Source: an uncultured Gemmatimonadales bacterium (GTDB taxonomy: Bacteria; Gemmatimonadota; Gemmatimonadetes; Gemmatimonadales; Gemmatimonadaceae). Taken from it: 64,000 bases of DNA. Position 1 is the first letter of the stretch; every line of letters starts with the position of its first letter. The stretch is taken from assembly GCA_963701965.1 (NCBI GenBank), contig OY969695.1, forward strand, positions 4,736,001 through 4,800,000, read 5' to 3'. This document shows, one piece after another, positions 63,125 to 64,000 of the stretch. Made by a program: the position numbers and the translations under genes. The notes under the pieces are model-generated. The model worked only from the letters and a program-made list of their open reading frames with translations. It did no database searches and was not told the DNA's origin.

Positions 63125-64000
63125 ATGGGGCGACGAATATGGCTGGTGGGGCCGATCGCGCTGGCGGCCGGTATGCTCGTGGGGTGCGGCGAGCGATCGG
63201 CAATGTCGGCTCCCGGAGCATCAGGACTCAGAGCGGACGATCTGGTCGGCGAAGCGGCAGCGGCGCTCGATGCGACCGGACATTTCACGTTGCCGACGCC
63301 GATTCGGCGAACGACGTATCCCGAAATCTCGGCGGACCGCGCCGGCGCGTTGGCAGTCGCCTACATCGGAGACTATGGGCACTTTCTGCTCCCACACTTC
63401 GAGATGAAGCACGGCGGACCGATCGATCTCGCGTCACTTCGGGCCTGTGGCAGCCCCTTGTACGCTGCTACGCCCTACAATGCGGCCTCACTCGCTCAGG
63501 CGTCGGTGCCCACGCGCCGACTCTTGGGACCGTACTGGCTCGTGTCGCTCTGTGCCGCGTCGGGCGGACAGGTCCTCAGCATTGCCGTGTCGGCGCTCGC
63601 AACCGATGAGCAGTTGACGTCAGGACCCATCCGTCTACCTCATCCCGCATCGCTTGCCTACTTTCCCTCGGCGATTCCGCCAAGCCTTCCGGGGCTGCCG
63701 CTCGCCCCGGAACAGGCCGCCGCGATGGCCGCACGCGCGACGGGCCGTCGGGTCGCCAAGGTCCCAGAGCTCATCATGCGGGGACGGCCATTTGCCCCAC
63801 AATTGGCCCAATGGAAGATCACACTCGAGTCCACGATACGCGCTCGCGGCCTCGAAAGCGGCGCTACGACCGTCACGCAAAGCGTCTACGCTGGATTCGT
63901 GAGAAGTGCCCGATCACCGCTAGGCGTGTTCGTCGAACGCAAAAGCGCGTCGTCGACTCTGCCGCTTGTCGATCGCGGAATGCGAGGCGCGGAGCGGACG
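63125..64000 (+). CDS. Hypothetical lipoprotein (runs off window)
   Basis: AGGAG RBS; MGRRIWLVGPIALAAGMLVGC; frame open to window end. Confidence 0.65.
   Translation, partial: MGRRIWLVGPIALAAGMLVGCGERSAMSAPGASGLRADDLVGEAAAALDATGHFTLPTPIRRTTYPEISADRAGALAVAYIGDYGHFLLPHFEMKHGGPIDLASLRACGSPLYAATPYNAASLAQASVPTRRLLGPYWLVSLCAASGGQVLSIAVSALATDEQLTSGPIRLPHPASLAYFPSAIPPSLPGLPLAPEQAAAMAARATGRRVAKVPELIMRGRPFAPQLAQWKITLESTIRARGLESGATTVTQSVYAGFVRSARSPLGVFVERKSASSTLPLVDRGMRGAERT

Noticed and set aside
1..64000. CRISPR array or rRNA
   Set aside because: No regularly spaced repeats or rRNA-like sequence seen
61908..64000. Second island after the right att site
   Set aside because: Only two lipoprotein genes; no mobility gene or boundary visible in the window

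Overview
High-GC bacterial chromosome segment; gene content (SusC/SusD pair, PadR plus ADOP permeases, ECF sigma/Ser-Thr kinase pairs, BlaI/M56-HEAT, Tat-exported DsrE-like protein) suggests Gemmatimonadota or a similar lineage (inference). Bases 1-50250 are ordinary chromosome. Bases 50338-61907 are an 11.6 kb integrative element in tRNA-Leu(UAA), bounded by a perfect 55-bp att repeat with candidate integrase arm sites. It encodes a tyrosine integrase, excisionase, its own RpoD/RpoS-type sigma factor, a DnaB helicase, a divergent HTH switch around a long palindrome, an IS2-group IS and cargo, but no virion or conjugation genes. The best candidate for a new system is inside it: an uncalled 43-aa lipoprotein-type peptide gene (C-terminus CGGGSGVGSGNHC) convergent with a TPR protein, resembling a peptide-receptor communication module. 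Most frameshifts in the window are single-base insertions at GATG/CATC, probably sequencing artefacts. All functional calls come from motif recognition by eye; no searches were run.
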